Positions 17,674 through 27,590 are shown, counted from the stretch's first letter. The stretch is 64,000 nt of DNA from an uncultured Actinomycetota bacterium (GCA_963711055.1 CAVQCR010000013.1:1248-65247), one strand, 5' to 3'. Numbers and translations are program-made. Notes: generated by a model from the sequence alone, not told the origin.

Positions 17674-18750
17674 ATGACGAGGCGCCCGCTCGTACCGGAA
17701 CGCCGCGCGTTCCGGCCGCCCCGCGAGATGCCCGTGACCCCGGAGCCGGCAACTCAAGTGACCAGTCGCGCTGAACCGATCACCGTTGCGCCGGCCCTGG
17801 ACGGCTCGACGGGCGAGTCCGCTGTGGTGGTCGAGCACCTGACCAAGCGCTTCGGCGAGCGCGTCGCGGTCGATGACGTTTCGTTCGAAGTTGGCTATGG
17901 CGAGGTGTTCGGCTTCCTCGGTCCCAACGGGGCGGGGAAGACCACGACCGTGCGGACGCTCGGCACGCTGCTGGCGCCGACCTCGGGGTCCGCGACGGTG
18001 GCCGGCATCGGGTTGCGCCCCGAGAACGGACCGGTCATCCGGTCGCGGATCTCGATCATGCCCGAGTCGCCGGGTCTCTACCTGCGCCTCACGGTGATGG
18101 AGAACCTGCAGTGCTTCGCCGGGCTGTACGAGCTAGACGATATTCGCGGGCGGATCGACAGGACACTGCGGGCGGTCAACCTCGCCGACCGTGCCGACGA
18201 TCAGTGCGGTGCGCTGTCGAAGGGGTTGCGTCAGCGGGTCGCGCTCGCGCGGGCGCTGCTCAGCGACCCGGCCGTGTTGTTCCTTGACGAGCCGACGTCT
18301 GGCCTTGATCCCGTGGCCACCCGCGAGGTCCACGAGCTGATCGGCTCCTTGCGCGAGCGGGGAGTGACGATCTTCCTCACCACCCACCGGCTGGAGGAAG
18401 CCGAACGGCTCTGCCACCGGGTGGCGATCCTGAGTACGACGTTGCGGCTGATCGGCCGGCCCGACGAGCTGCGCAGTCAACTGTTCAGCCGATCTCTGGA
18501 CGTGCGAGTCCGCACGCCGCTGGAGGATCCGAACGCGGTGCTCGGCGGTCTGCCCGGGGTCGAACGATGGGAACAGGCGCCATCCGGCTACACGCTCGCC
18601 GTTTCCGACCCCGAGATCGCCGCCCCGCAGGTGGCACGGGCGCTGGTCGGCGCCGGCGCTGACATCCTCTCGCTCGCCGAGTCCCGCCACTCGCTGGAGG
18701 ACGTCTACCTCGAGCTGATAGACGAGGACGTGGAGGCCAAGAGCCGATGA
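17674..18750 (+). CDS. ABC transporter ATP-binding protein (cassette 2), canonical motifs
   Basis: Walker A GPNGAGKTT, signature LSKGLRQR, Walker B VLFLDEPTSGLD, H-loop TTHRLEE. The start could be Met at 17728. Confidence 0.9.
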   Translation: MTRRPLVPERRAFRPPREMPVTPEPATQVTSRAEPITVAPALDGSTGESAVVVEHLTKRFGERVAVDDVSFEVGYGEVFGFLGPNGAGKTTTVRTLGTLLAPTSGSATVAGIGLRPENGPVIRSRISIMPESPGLYLRLTVMENLQCFAGLYELDDIRGRIDRTLRAVNLADRADDQCGALSKGLRQRVALARALLSDPAVLFLDEPTSGLDPVATREVHELIGSLRERGVTIFLTTHRLEEAERLCHRVAILSTTLRLIGRPDELRSQLFSRSLDVRVRTPLEDPNAVLGGLPGVERWEQAPSGYTLAVSDPEIAAPQVARALVGAGADILSLAESRHSLEDVYLELIDEDVEAKSR

Positions 18751-19481
18751 GCTTCAGCTGGACGCGCGTCCGGGCGATCGCCGTCAAGGAGCTACGGGAC
18801 TATCGCCGCAACCGCTTCGTGATCGGCACGATGACGGTGCTGCCGCTGCTGTTCATCGCCTTGCCGATAATCCAGTTGTTCCTTGCCAATGCGGAGGCGG
18901 ACACCGCCAACCTCAATAGGCGCATCGGACTCTCGCTCCTGTACATGCTGGTGATCCCGGCGTTCCTGCCCTCCACCCTGTCCGCCTACTCGGTGGTCGG
19001 AGAGCGCGAGCAGGGCACCCTGGAGCCTGTCCTGATCACCCCGATCCGCCGCGAGGAGTTCCTCATCGCCAAGGCGCTGGCCGCTTTCGTCCCGACTCTC
19101 GTCATCGCATACGTGGTCTTTGGCATCTTCCTCGCCGCCGCGGCCCTTTTCGCGCATCCCGTGATCGCCTCGGCGATCTACGCAGGCACGCACGTGCTGG
19201 TCCAGTTGCTGTTCACCCCGTTGCTCGCGGGCTGGGGAATCTGGGTTGGGATCGCGGTTTCCGCCCGCTCCGCCGATGTGCGCGCCGCCCAGCAGCTGAG
19301 CGTGCTCGGCACCCTGCCGCTGCTGGCCATCCTGGCGCTGATGTCGCTGAACGTGATACCCGTGTCGACCGCTCTCGCGATCGGCCTCGCCGCCGCCCTG
19401 CTGGCCGTCGACCTGCTCGCCTGGCGGGTAGTAGCGGCGATGTTCGACCGCGAGCGGCTCATCACCGGAACCCGGAGGTGA
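18747..19481 (+). CDS. ABC-2 type transporter permease (cassette 2)
   Basis: 244 aa, the same length as 9884-10618. ATGA overlap with the ATPase. Shares SAYSVVGEREQGTLEPVL.TPIRREEFL. Confidence 0.9.
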   Translation: MSFSWTRVRAIAVKELRDYRRNRFVIGTMTVLPLLFIALPIIQLFLANAEADTANLNRRIGLSLLYMLVIPAFLPSTLSAYSVVGEREQGTLEPVLITPIRREEFLIAKALAAFVPTLVIAYVVFGIFLAAAALFAHPVIASAIYAGTHVLVQLLFTPLLAGWGIWVGIAVSARSADVRAAQQLSVLGTLPLLAILALMSLNVIPVSTALAIGLAAALLAVDLLAWRVVAAMFDRERLITGTRR

Positions 19482-19548
19482 CCGCCGGCTCGCGGCACGA
19501 CGTTCTCCGGTACGACAGACAACAATTGAGACACAGAGGAGAACAGCA

Positions 19549-19860
19549 ATGTCCGCGACCCTGCGGCTGACGCGCGATGTCGGCTCCTTCGCCTTCGAGC
19601 TTCGAGGCGGACGGTTTGAGATCTCGGTCGATGGCGAAGCTGTCGGCTCGCTCGCGAACCACGACACGGCAGAGACCCAGATCGAACCCGGACGCCACAA
19701 CATCGTCTTGCGCAAGGGCCGGTACTCGAGCCGAACCCGCAGCTTCGACGCCGCCGACGGTGAGGTCGTCAACTTCCGGTGTAACGGTGCCAGGATCTGG
19801 CCGACCTACATCGCCTCCATCGTCAAGCCCGACCTCGGGATCAGCCTGAGGCGGGGATGA
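19549..19860 (+). CDS. Small protein S5 (103 aa) of the permease-linked family
   Basis: ATG after GAGGAGAACAGCA. MSATLRLTRD...FEISVDG...EPGRHNIVLRKGRYSSRTRSF...FRCNG...IVKPDLGISLRRG. Confidence 0.8.
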   Translation: MSATLRLTRDVGSFAFELRGGRFEISVDGEAVGSLANHDTAETQIEPGRHNIVLRKGRYSSRTRSFDAADGEVVNFRCNGARIWPTYIASIVKPDLGISLRRG

Positions 19861-19986
19861 GCAACCGCGCGGAAGCCGGCCGGCGAGCATGTGACCGGAA
19901 GCCGTGGATGACCGTCGCCGCCACGTGGCGTCGGTCGCCGAGTAGCCAGAGAAACGGCTTTCAGAAACAAGAGAAGGAGATCAACA

Positions 19987-20292
19987 ATGGCGGCAACGCT
20001 GAGGCTGGCGCACAAAGCTATCGGAGTGGAGGTCCGTCGCGGCACGTACGACGTCATGGTCGACGGAAAGCCTGCCGGGTCCGTTGAAATGAACGAGACC
20101 ATCGACATACCGGTCGAACCCGGGCGTCACATCCTGCAAGTCCGCAACGGCCGGAACTCCAGCCGAACCAAGACCTTCGACGTGGCCGAGGACGCAATCG
20201 TCGCCTTCCGCTGCACGGGAAAGAGCATCTTGCCGATCTTTCTCCTGTCCTTCATCTTTCCCAGCCTGGCACTATCGCTCCGTCGCGAGTAG
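19987..20292 (+). CDS. Small protein S6 (101 aa) of the permease-linked family, tandem to S5
   Basis: ATG after GAAGGAGATCAACA. MAATLRLAHK..VEVRRGTYDVMVDG..EPGRHILQVRNGRNSSRTKTF..FRCTG. Hydrophobic tail ILPIFLLSFIFPSLALSLRRE. Confidence 0.8.
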   Translation: MAATLRLAHKAIGVEVRRGTYDVMVDGKPAGSVEMNETIDIPVEPGRHILQVRNGRNSSRTKTFDVAEDAIVAFRCTGKSILPIFLLSFIFPSLALSLRRE

Positions 20293-20619
20293 CCCACCAT
20301 GCGCGAGCCCACCGCCTCGCTCCGGAGCCTGGCGCTCAAGCTCGCTCAGGCACAGCAGAGGAGGCGAGAGTGTTGGGATACGTCCGTCCTCACGTGGCAG
20401 CGGGCGCTCGACCTGGACGGCGGTGCGGGCCGACAGGGAGCATCTCCAGACGCGTATGAAGGAGAGCGGCGGACAATGAGCATGGCCGTTGATCATGACT
20501 TGGCGTCAGATACAAGGAGGTAGTCAACACGACAGTGCGCGGGTGCTGAATCCGTGCTGACCTCGGCAACGGCTGCTCGCTGTCTACCTTCGGAAGCTGC
20601 CCTCTAGTGGACGATCACC

Positions 20620-20681
20620 CAGATCTACGAAGGGACAACCAGATTCAGCGGCTCGTGATGGCCAGACAGCTTCTGCGGTGA
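20620..20681 (+). pseudogene. Remnant of an acyl-CoA dehydrogenase C-terminus
   Basis: QIYEGT then, after a 1-nt frame slip, NQIQRLVMARQLLR-stop, which is the characteristic ACAD C-terminal motif. Nothing coherent upstream. Confidence 0.4.
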
Positions 20682-20904
20682 TGATCATCTAGGCGTCTCT
20701 ATTCCGATTGCCACGAGGCGGCCGGAACAGACTGTGGAAGACCTGCCGGCCCGCCATCGAGCCGGAAATGGTCAGCCCGTAGAGCAGCGCGTGGCCCCTG
20801 CTGTCCCCGGCTCTCTGGCGTGGCAGAGCTGATTGCTGATCCGAGGAACCTGCACTCGACCGATAACGTCCAACTGCTAGCTCACGCATGGAGGAGGCTG
20901 GCAC

Positions 20905-21411
20905 ATGAAGGCGCTGAGATTCGGAGTCGGCCTTGCGGGTGCGCTTGCGCTCTCTGCTTGCGCCACCAGCGCCACCGCGCAGCCGCCACGCCATATGCAG
21001 CATTCAGGGGGGAACGCAGGCCGGCCGGTCGCCGGACTCGTCATACAGGAGCATTCGCAGGACGGCACAGTGACCGGCAGCTTCAGCCGACAAGGTGGCC
21101 CGATCTCATTCAACGGAACGCAGCCCGCAGAGCAGGCACTGTCAGGAACCGTTCAGTTCATCAGGTCGCGCAGCGCCCGGACGCCCGCGCAGCGCGGTCG
21201 GGTCGTTGTTGTCACTGTCCGCGTTGGCAGGTCGGGTAACTTCTCTCTTCGGCTGCCCGCCGGACGGTACCAGGTATGGGGCCGTTCGCCATCGATCATC
21301 GAAGTGCTGCCGTCCGGGGCTCAGCGGGAAACTGCGTGCTCGGGGCCGCTGTCAGTCACGGTCATACCGCACCGAACCCTACGGCTCGCCGTCACCTGCT
21401 TCGTCCCGTAA
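20905..21411 (+). CDS. Putative lipoprotein with a beta-sandwich (carboxypeptidase-regulatory-like) C-terminal region
   Basis: Signal peptide with lipobox LALSAC. Contains GNFSLRLPAGRYQVWG. Confidence 0.7.
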   Translation: MKALRFGVGLAGALALSACATSATAQPPRHMQHSGGNAGRPVAGLVIQEHSQDGTVTGSFSRQGGPISFNGTQPAEQALSGTVQFIRSRSARTPAQRGRVVVVTVRVGRSGNFSLRLPAGRYQVWGRSPSIIEVLPSGAQRETACSGPLSVTVIPHRTLRLAVTCFVP

Positions 21412-22266
21412 ATCGGCTGCGCTCGCGCGGTAGATGCGGCTGGCCGTATGGGCGAATATCGCCTGCCGCTCCGGCGCGCTCAGGCTAGCCGCCAGCTCGG
21501 CCGCCGCCGCCACAACAGTCGCGTAACTGGCGGTCAGCGTGCAGACTGGCCAGTCGGAGCCGAACATCAGCCGATCCGGCCCGAAACTTTCGATGGCGAG
21601 ATCGAAGTACGGGCGAATATCGACAGTGCTGGCCTCGCCGAGGATGCCCGAGAGCTTGCATGCCGTGTTGGGCAAGGCGGCCAGCGCGGTGAATGCGGCA
21701 GCCCAGTCCCCATCGAGGGGCTCTCCCACCGCAACGTTGCCCAAGTGGTCGAGGACGAAGGTCAGCTCGGGCACTGCGGCTGCCGCAGCGACCGCGCCGG
21801 GCAACTGGCCCGGCTGAAGAACCAGGTCGAAGCACATCCCGGCGGCCGCTACCGCCGAGAGGCCACGGCGCACATCCGGCCGGTCCAGCCAGTCTGGGGC
21901 CGGCTCGGTCAGCAGCGGATGCCGGATACCGGTCAGGAACCGGCCGCCCGGCAAGTTGCTGAGCCTGTTCAGCTCGGCCGCTACGTAGGGGACGGTTAGG
22001 TCGGTCCAGCCGACAACCGCCGCGACCAGGGGATCGGCCACGGCGAGCGTGAGCATCTCGGGCGTCTCGCCGGGCTCGGTAACCGTCTGCACGATCACAG
22101 TGGCGGTGACGCCCGCCGCCGCGGCCTGAGGTGCCAGGTCATCGATGGCGAACCGGCGGCGCAGCGGAGCGAGCGCGGCGTCAGATTCCAGCCACGGCTG
22201 AGCGCGTGCCGCCGGATCCCAGACGTGCTGATGGGAATCGATGATCGCCTCGGCGCGTACTGCCAC
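21379..22266 (-). CDS. Amidohydrolase-2 family metal-dependent hydrolase
   Basis: N-terminal IIDSHQHVWDP and C-terminal MFGSDWPV motifs. Confidence 0.85.
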   Translation of the reverse strand: MAVRAEAIIDSHQHVWDPAARAQPWLESDAALAPLRRRFAIDDLAPQAAAAGVTATVIVQTVTEPGETPEMLTLAVADPLVAAVVGWTDLTVPYVAAELNRLSNLPGGRFLTGIRHPLLTEPAPDWLDRPDVRRGLSAVAAAGMCFDLVLQPGQLPGAVAAAAAVPELTFVLDHLGNVAVGEPLDGDWAAAFTALAALPNTACKLSGILGEASTVDIRPYFDLAIESFGPDRLMFGSDWPVCTLTASYATVVAAAAELAASLSAPERQAIFAHTASRIYRASAADLRDEAGDGEP

Positions 22267-22369
22267 GAGGGGACTCTAAGCCCGGCAACGTGACCTGCCC
22301 AGGGAAGGGCGGATCGTGGCACGCTGTTAGTTGTGGTCTAGGCGTGCAATCCCGGATCGGAGCGACGAG

Positions 22370-23062
22370 ATGTTCGAGCGGTTTACCGACCGGGCGCGGC
22401 GGGTTGTGGTTCTGGCGCAAGAAGAGGCCAGGATGCTCAACCACAACTACATCGGCACTGAGCACATCCTGCTGGGCCTGATCCATGAGGGCGAGGGCGT
22501 TGCCGCGAAGGCGCTTGAGTCGCTGGGGATAAGCCTCGAAGCCGTGCGTCAGCAGGTTGAGGAGATTATCGGCCAGGGCCAGCAGGCGCCGTCGGGCCAC
22601 ATCCCGTTCACGCCGCGGGCTAAGAAGGTGCTTGAGCTTTCGCTGCGTGAAGCGCTCCAGCTTGGCCACAACTACATCGGCACGGAGCACATCCTGCTCG
22701 GCCTGATCCGTGAGGGCGAGGGCGTTGCCGCCCAGGTGCTGGTCCGCCTTGGTGCTGACCTGAACCGGGTCCGGAGCCAAGTGATCCGGCTGGCAACGAA
22801 GTCCGGGGACGGCCCGGAGCCCCCGGAGCCCACGGCGGCCGGGAGCGGGTCGTACAGCGTCAGTTCCCGAGTCCTCCGGGACAGGCCCAGGGGATGGGAA
22901 CGCGAGCTAATACCCGTGCTGGCTGACATCCAGCGTCGGCTGACCACAATCGAGAGGCGTCTGGGCATCGCGGCCGCCTTGGAGATGACGGCTGGGCAGG
23001 ATCCGGATTCTATGCCGGAGTCAGCCGCGCCTGGGGCAGAGCGGCAGCCAGACGAGAACTGA
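22370..23062 (+). CDS. Stand-alone Clp N-terminal (Clp R repeat) domain protein with a unique roughly 90-aa tail
   Basis: [38 protein letters not shown] plus a second repeat [27 protein letters not shown], nearly identical to the ClpC N-domain. No AAA+ module follows. Confidence 0.85.
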   Translation: MFERFTDRARRVVVLAQEEARMLNHNYIGTEHILLGLIHEGEGVAAKALESLGISLEAVRQQVEEIIGQGQQAPSGHIPFTPRAKKVLELSLREALQLGHNYIGTEHILLGLIREGEGVAAQVLVRLGADLNRVRSQVIRLATKSGDGPEPPEPTAAGSGSYSVSSRVLRDRPRGWERELIPVLADIQRRLTTIERRLGIAAALEMTAGQDPDSMPESAAPGAERQPDEN

Positions 23063-23152
23063 GCGCCCGCCGGGACCTGAGCCGGACCTGGACTCAGGCG
23101 TAGCGCCGGCGCTTCACAGTCCGAGCTGCTGCCAGGGGAGTGAGCCGACGGC

Positions 23153-23974
23153 CTAGAGACCCAGGTCGTCCAGTTGCTGGTGCAACTCGGCTCGCGGTCC
23201 TGAGTACTGAGCCGGATTCGCCTGGGCTGCCGCTGGGAGGCTAAGGGCCCTGCCGCCAGGCTCAGACCCGGCCGGGCGAGTGACCGCGGTCGGCGTGGTT
23301 GTGGTCATGGCACGCCTGCCAGCGGTCGAGCGGCGATCGCGGAAGATCCACCCGCCCACCACGCCGGCCGCAAGTCCGCCGATGTGGGCCTGCCAGCCGA
23401 TGCCTGCGTGCGGCAGTAGCACCGTGAACTGGTAGGCGAAGCACAGTGCCATGACGGCGCCGATCATGATGTCGATCGCATGCCGGTCGAAGAATCCGCG
23501 CACCAGGATGTAACCGAGATAGCCGAACACCACACCGCTGGCGCCCACTCCGACAGTGCCCGGCGAGCCCGTGAACCATGCCGCGAGTCCGCTCACCAGG
23601 ATCACGAGGGCGGTAAGCCCGAGGAAGCGGACCACGCCGCGGTAGGCGGCCAGGAAGCCGAAAATGAACAACGGTCCCGAGTTGCTCTCGATGTGGGTCC
23701 AGCTGACATGCAGGAATGGGGCCGTCAGTATGTACGGCAGGCTGCCGAGGTCGCGCGGCTTGATCCCGTAGTCCTGCGTGAGCTGATAGTGATCGGCCAC
23801 GTTGACCAGCTGAATTATCCACAGCAGGGCCAGGAAGCCGACCATTACGAACAGAGCCTTGCGGGCCTCGTCGAGCACGGCCTGAGCGTCTTCGCCCCCC
23901 ATGCTCCAGGCCAACCGCCGTGCGTTGCTCATCAGACCCCCCACCGCCGTCGAAACCTCACCCCTGGGCAGCAA
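23153..23974 (-). CDS. Rhomboid family intramembrane serine protease; the start may be Met at 23932
   Basis: GASGVVFGYLGY (GxSG catalytic Ser), HIGGLAAG (catalytic His) and several TM segments. Confidence 0.85.
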   Translation of the reverse strand: MLPRGEVSTAVGGLMSNARRLAWSMGGEDAQAVLDEARKALFVMVGFLALLWIIQLVNVADHYQLTQDYGIKPRDLGSLPYILTAPFLHVSWTHIESNSGPLFIFGFLAAYRGVVRFLGLTALVILVSGLAAWFTGSPGTVGVGASGVVFGYLGYILVRGFFDRHAIDIMIGAVMALCFAYQFTVLLPHAGIGWQAHIGGLAAGVVGGWIFRDRRSTAGRRAMTTTTPTAVTRPAGSEPGGRALSLPAAAQANPAQYSGPRAELHQQLDDLGL

Positions 23975-24443
23975 GCCATAGTCGGGTTATCAACCGAAGG
24001 TAAGCGCAGTCGTGCCATGCATGGACCGTAGCTGCAGTCTGGCCAGCATGGAAGCGCGATGGTGCCCAAGGCGGCGGGGCGGGCGCCGCATCGGGAGACA
24101 CGCCGGCGGTCCGGCGTGTCGGACCCGGCTCGCCGTTGAGCTGTGATCACAGCAGCCGGTCATTACGCCCGGTAATTGTTACGGTACGTATTGCCAAACT
24201 GTGATCTGCACGACACTAATTACGGGTTTCCAGCACAGCTTTTTCGGCGGAAACGCTTGGTCGGCGCTGTCAGTTCTGGCAACGTTATGCCGCGACGGTG
24301 CTAGGCCCGAAAAGCGGCTCCGCGCTTGCTCGCAGGAGCCGCCGGATTTCGGCTGCGCCGCCGTGCGACTCGCTGCCCTGTACCGCAGCGGTCCGCGCGC
24401 CGGGCAACTGGCTCGGCCGCGCTTGGCCGACGGAAGGACTGCA

Positions 24444-25100
24444 TTGTCACAGCACAGGAGACGGCCCAAAGCCACGCGCCGTCGGCGTAGGCGGGTAGGC
24501 GTCTTCATGGTTACCGCGGCAGCGGCAGCCATATCGGTGACGACAGTCGCGATCGTGTTCATCACTGGCCGTCCCGGATCGGCCACCGATCCGCTTGGCG
24601 CGGCCGTCGCCTTGGTGTCGAGCGGCAAGTCAGGCAGCGTGCTGGTGCAAGAGCGCCAGAACCTGATCCTCGAAGACGCAGCGACCCAAGCCTTCAGCGT
24701 GACCAGCGCCCCGAAGATCTCCACCTCGCCTGCGCCCGCCGCGCCCGCCCCCGGCCAGGTGGGCACCGTGGCGACAGTGCCGTCCGGCCCGGCGCCGAAC
24801 CCGGCGTCGGCGCAGGGCATTGCCTACGGGCTGCTGCCTGCCTACGGTTTCAGCACCTCGCAGTTTGGCTGTCTGGACGACCTATGGAACCAGGAGAGCG
24901 GCTGGCGGTGGAACGCGGAGAACGCGAGCGGCGCGTACGGGATCCCGCAGGCGCTGCCTGGGTCGAAGATGGCCAGCGCCGGCGCTGACTGGCTCACGGA
25001 CCCGACGACGCAGATCAAGTGGGGTCTCGGCTACATCAAGGCGGAGTACGGAACGCCGTGCGGTGCCTGGGACCACGAGGTCGCATATGGCTGGTACTGA
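24444..25100 (+). CDS. Secreted/membrane-anchored lysozyme-like (SLT-like) domain protein
   Basis: Arg-rich N-terminus plus TM (VTAAAAAISVTTVAIVFI). C-terminal WNQESGWRWNAENASGAYGIPQALPGSKMASAGADW...WGLGYIKAEYGTPCGAW...GWY. TTG start chosen; the ATG at 24507 is an alternative. Confidence 0.8.
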   Translation: MSQHRRRPKATRRRRRRVGVFMVTAAAAAISVTTVAIVFITGRPGSATDPLGAAVALVSSGKSGSVLVQERQNLILEDAATQAFSVTSAPKISTSPAPAAPAPGQVGTVATVPSGPAPNPASAQGIAYGLLPAYGFSTSQFGCLDDLWNQESGWRWNAENASGAYGIPQALPGSKMASAGADWLTDPTTQIKWGLGYIKAEYGTPCGAWDHEVAYGWY

Positions 25101-25209
25101 GTCGCTGAGCGCCAGCCGCTGAGCGTGCCCTTTTGGACCTGAGCCGCTGAGATCGCGCGACGGAGTCTGCGTGGATGAGGCCGTGGCACTGAGTCAGCGA
25201 CCCGACATG

Positions 25210-25231
25210 CTCACCAATGACAATTGGTGAG
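25210..25231. other. Hairpin/inverted repeat CTCACCAAT-gaca-ATTGGTGAG between the two lysozyme-like genes
   Basis: Perfect 9-bp arms, 110 nt after the stop at 25100. No T-run follows. Followed by a TTGACG -35-like box. Confidence 0.4.
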
Positions 25232-25518
25232 TTGCAATTCGTTATAGGTTGACGAGATTGCATGGCGTTCGCAGGCCTTGCTTCCCATGGGCTGTGAGAT
25301 ACCTCATACGCCATTTATGACCGTTTCGGTCTGCGGTCGGCTCATCAGACGGCAGGCTGGAGGGCTGTTAGCACCCAGCGTGCGCGCCGGCTGGCCTTTC
25401 GCAGGGCCCCGTCGCCTTGATCTCGCGTCCCGTCCGCACGCCGCTCCTGGTCGCCTAGTCACCGGAGCTGACCTGGGTGGCAAGAAGCGCGCCGAACGCG
25501 CTTGAGCAAAGGTAAATC

Positions 25519-26325
25519 TTGTCCCGGCATCAAAGACCCACGACTCCAGCTGTTATCAGCCACTTCGCCAAGCTCAACTGGCTGGTCGCCGCGCAATGGC
25601 GCCAAGCCCTCGTGCGGAACCATAAGCCACCAAAGCTCACCCTTGCTGTCGCAGGTTCGACCCTGGCGGCGGCTGCGGCAGTCGCAGCCATCTGGCCGGC
25701 TGTCGCCACTGCCCAGCCTGCTGGGCCCGCCAGGATCACGAGCACGTCAGCCAAGGCGGCGACGGCTGTGACAGCGGCCTCAGCGGTCGGCCAGACATCC
25801 GCGCAAATCGCCGCCAAATTCGAGGCCGCCACTCGCCTCCATGCAGTCCGAATAGAGGTTGCGCAGGCCCGGCGCGCGGATTTGCTGGCCGCGCGCCGAC
25901 TTGCCGCACGTAAGGCAGCGGCTCGCCGGCAGGCGGCGGCTGCGGCCACGAGCGGAACCAGCGGCGCCTCCGGGCCGAGTGCAACCGCCGTACCTGCCCA
26001 GCCAGCCGTCGTCGCCGCGGCCACCGGCTCGCCGCAGCAGATAGCGATGGGAATGCTCGGCTCATTCGGCTGGTCCAGTGGCCAGTTCTCCTGCCTCGAT
26101 GCGTTGTGGAACAGGGAAAGTGGCTGGAACCCGTACGCGAGCAATGCCGGTTCCGGCGCGTACGGCATCCCCCAGGCACTGCCGGGCAGCAAGATGGCCT
26201 CGGCAGGCGCCGACTGGCAGACCAACCCGGCTACCCAGATCAGGTGGGGGCTCGGCTACATCCAGGCAACCTACGGCTCCCCGTGCGGTGCATGGGGGCA
26301 CGAGCAGGGTTACGGCTGGTACTAG
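25519..26325 (+). CDS. Secreted lysozyme-like (SLT-like) domain protein, paralogue of 24444-25100
   Basis: Signal-anchor, Ala-rich linker and the same C-terminal domain (WNRESGWNPYASNAGSGAYGIPQALPGSKMASAGADW...GYGWY). Confidence 0.85.
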   Translation: MSRHQRPTTPAVISHFAKLNWLVAAQWRQALVRNHKPPKLTLAVAGSTLAAAAAVAAIWPAVATAQPAGPARITSTSAKAATAVTAASAVGQTSAQIAAKFEAATRLHAVRIEVAQARRADLLAARRLAARKAAARRQAAAAATSGTSGASGPSATAVPAQPAVVAAATGSPQQIAMGMLGSFGWSSGQFSCLDALWNRESGWNPYASNAGSGAYGIPQALPGSKMASAGADWQTNPATQIRWGLGYIQATYGSPCGAWGHEQGYGWY

Positions 26326-26434
26326 GAGTCTGGCACAGGGAGCCTGACCCTAGGCAGCACGCCACGAGCGGCCGCGCGCTGTCCCAGCGCGCGGCCGCCC
26401 GCTGCTTGCCGAACGGTGGGGCAGCGGGTTGGGC

Positions 26435-27590
26435 CTAGCCGAGGGGCGCTGGCAGCGGCCTGAAGGTCTTCATCGCGGCATGGAGGATGCCATTCGCGGC
26501 CGGGAACGTCGAGGCAGGAGCCCACAGGGTGAAGTTGTAGGGCTGCGGGCCTGAGCTGGTGACCAGCTTGACCAGGATGACCAGCTCGGTGAAGCCGAGG
26601 CCGGACGGTTTATGCCAGGTGAACTTGAGTACCGAGGCAGGCGCGGCCTTGAATCCGCCCACGGACATGAAGCCGATCTTGGCTAGCGACAGCAGCCTGA
26701 AATTGTGGTAAGTGCCGGAATCCAGGTCACGCAAGTACTCCGCCTGCGGCCACGGCTTGTCGTAGCTCCAGCTGCCTAGGCTTACTACCAGATGGAAGTC
26801 GCGGGCAGGCTGGTTGAGATGGGCCACCAGGATATCAATCGCCTGCTTCCAAGCGACCGGCATGCCGATCTTGAATCCGGCCGCTGACTCCATCACTAGC
26901 GCCGGAAAGCGATGCCAGATGTAGCCAGCCGGCAGCACTGGCGGGGTCGGGCCCGTGCTCGGCGTTGGGGTGGGCGTAGCCGACGGCGTCGGGGTGGGCG
27001 TCGGTGTCGGCGAGCCGCTGTCGCTGGGTCTGGTGGTCGGGCTCGTCGACCCGGTCGGGCTTGCGCCCGACGTGGGAGTCGGGCCGCTCCCATGCTTGCC
27101 ACCAGGGCCCGGATTCTTGCCGCTGGACGTCGCCGTCGTCGGGTCGCGGCCCGGCAGGGCCGACCTCCCACCGCCCCGGCCGTGACCCCTGGAACCCGGG
27201 TTGCCGGACCCCGACGACGGCGGGCGCGAGTGGCCGCCCACCGACGGGGCAACCGCGAGGGTTCTGCAACGCCTGAGCCTGCTGGCTGTGCGTGTAGGCG
27301 TCCCAGCCGGCATACGCCGCGACGACGATCGCGCCGATTCCGACGGCGGCAACCATGATCCGCCAGCGGCCCGAGGTGCGCTTGGCCGGGCTGGAAGATG
27401 GCCCGTTACCGCCTGAGCCGCCTTGGCCAGAGCCGCCTTGGCCAGAGCCGCCTTGGCCAGAGCCGCCTTTGCCGCCATCTGGCCCGCCTGGGCTGGCGGC
27501 GAGGTCGCCGTCCTTAGCAGCGGCCGGCGCGGCGGCCGATCCGATCGGCTGCCAGAGTATCGGCCCGCCCTCCAGGCCCATGCCGCCCCG
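26435..27590 (-). pseudogene. GGSGQ-repeat / TM helix / Pro-Thr linker / roughly 165-aa globular domain, read in two frames; probably the C-terminal part of the upstream Ser/Thr kinase
   Basis: One frame gives GGSGQGGSGQGGSGQ and the TM WRIMVAAVGIGAIVVAAYAGW. A second frame gives SPTPTPTPTPSATPTPTP and PAGYIWHRF...FTLWAPASTF. The frame switch lies somewhere between about 27250 and 26960. Confidence 0.6.
27415..27474. repeat. 15-bp tandem repeat GAGCCGCCTTGGCCA x3 plus one imperfect unit (encodes GGSGQ on the minus strand)
   Basis: Read directly from the sequence. Confidence 0.8.

Noticed and set aside
23975-25518. Possible c-di-AMP (ydaO-type) riboswitch upstream of the two lysozyme-like genes, as is known for some actinobacterial cell-wall hydrolase genes
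   Set aside because: I could not find the hallmark ACGGGGA / GGGGTGA / ACCCG..CCGA..AGC segments in either 5' region. An Rfam scan would settle it.
27415-27474. Short tandem repeats here, at 49544-49618 and at 63250-63333, considered as CRISPR-like arrays
   Set aside because: The units are 7-15 bp and directly adjacent, with no spacers, and no cas genes are present. They are simple tandem repeats.
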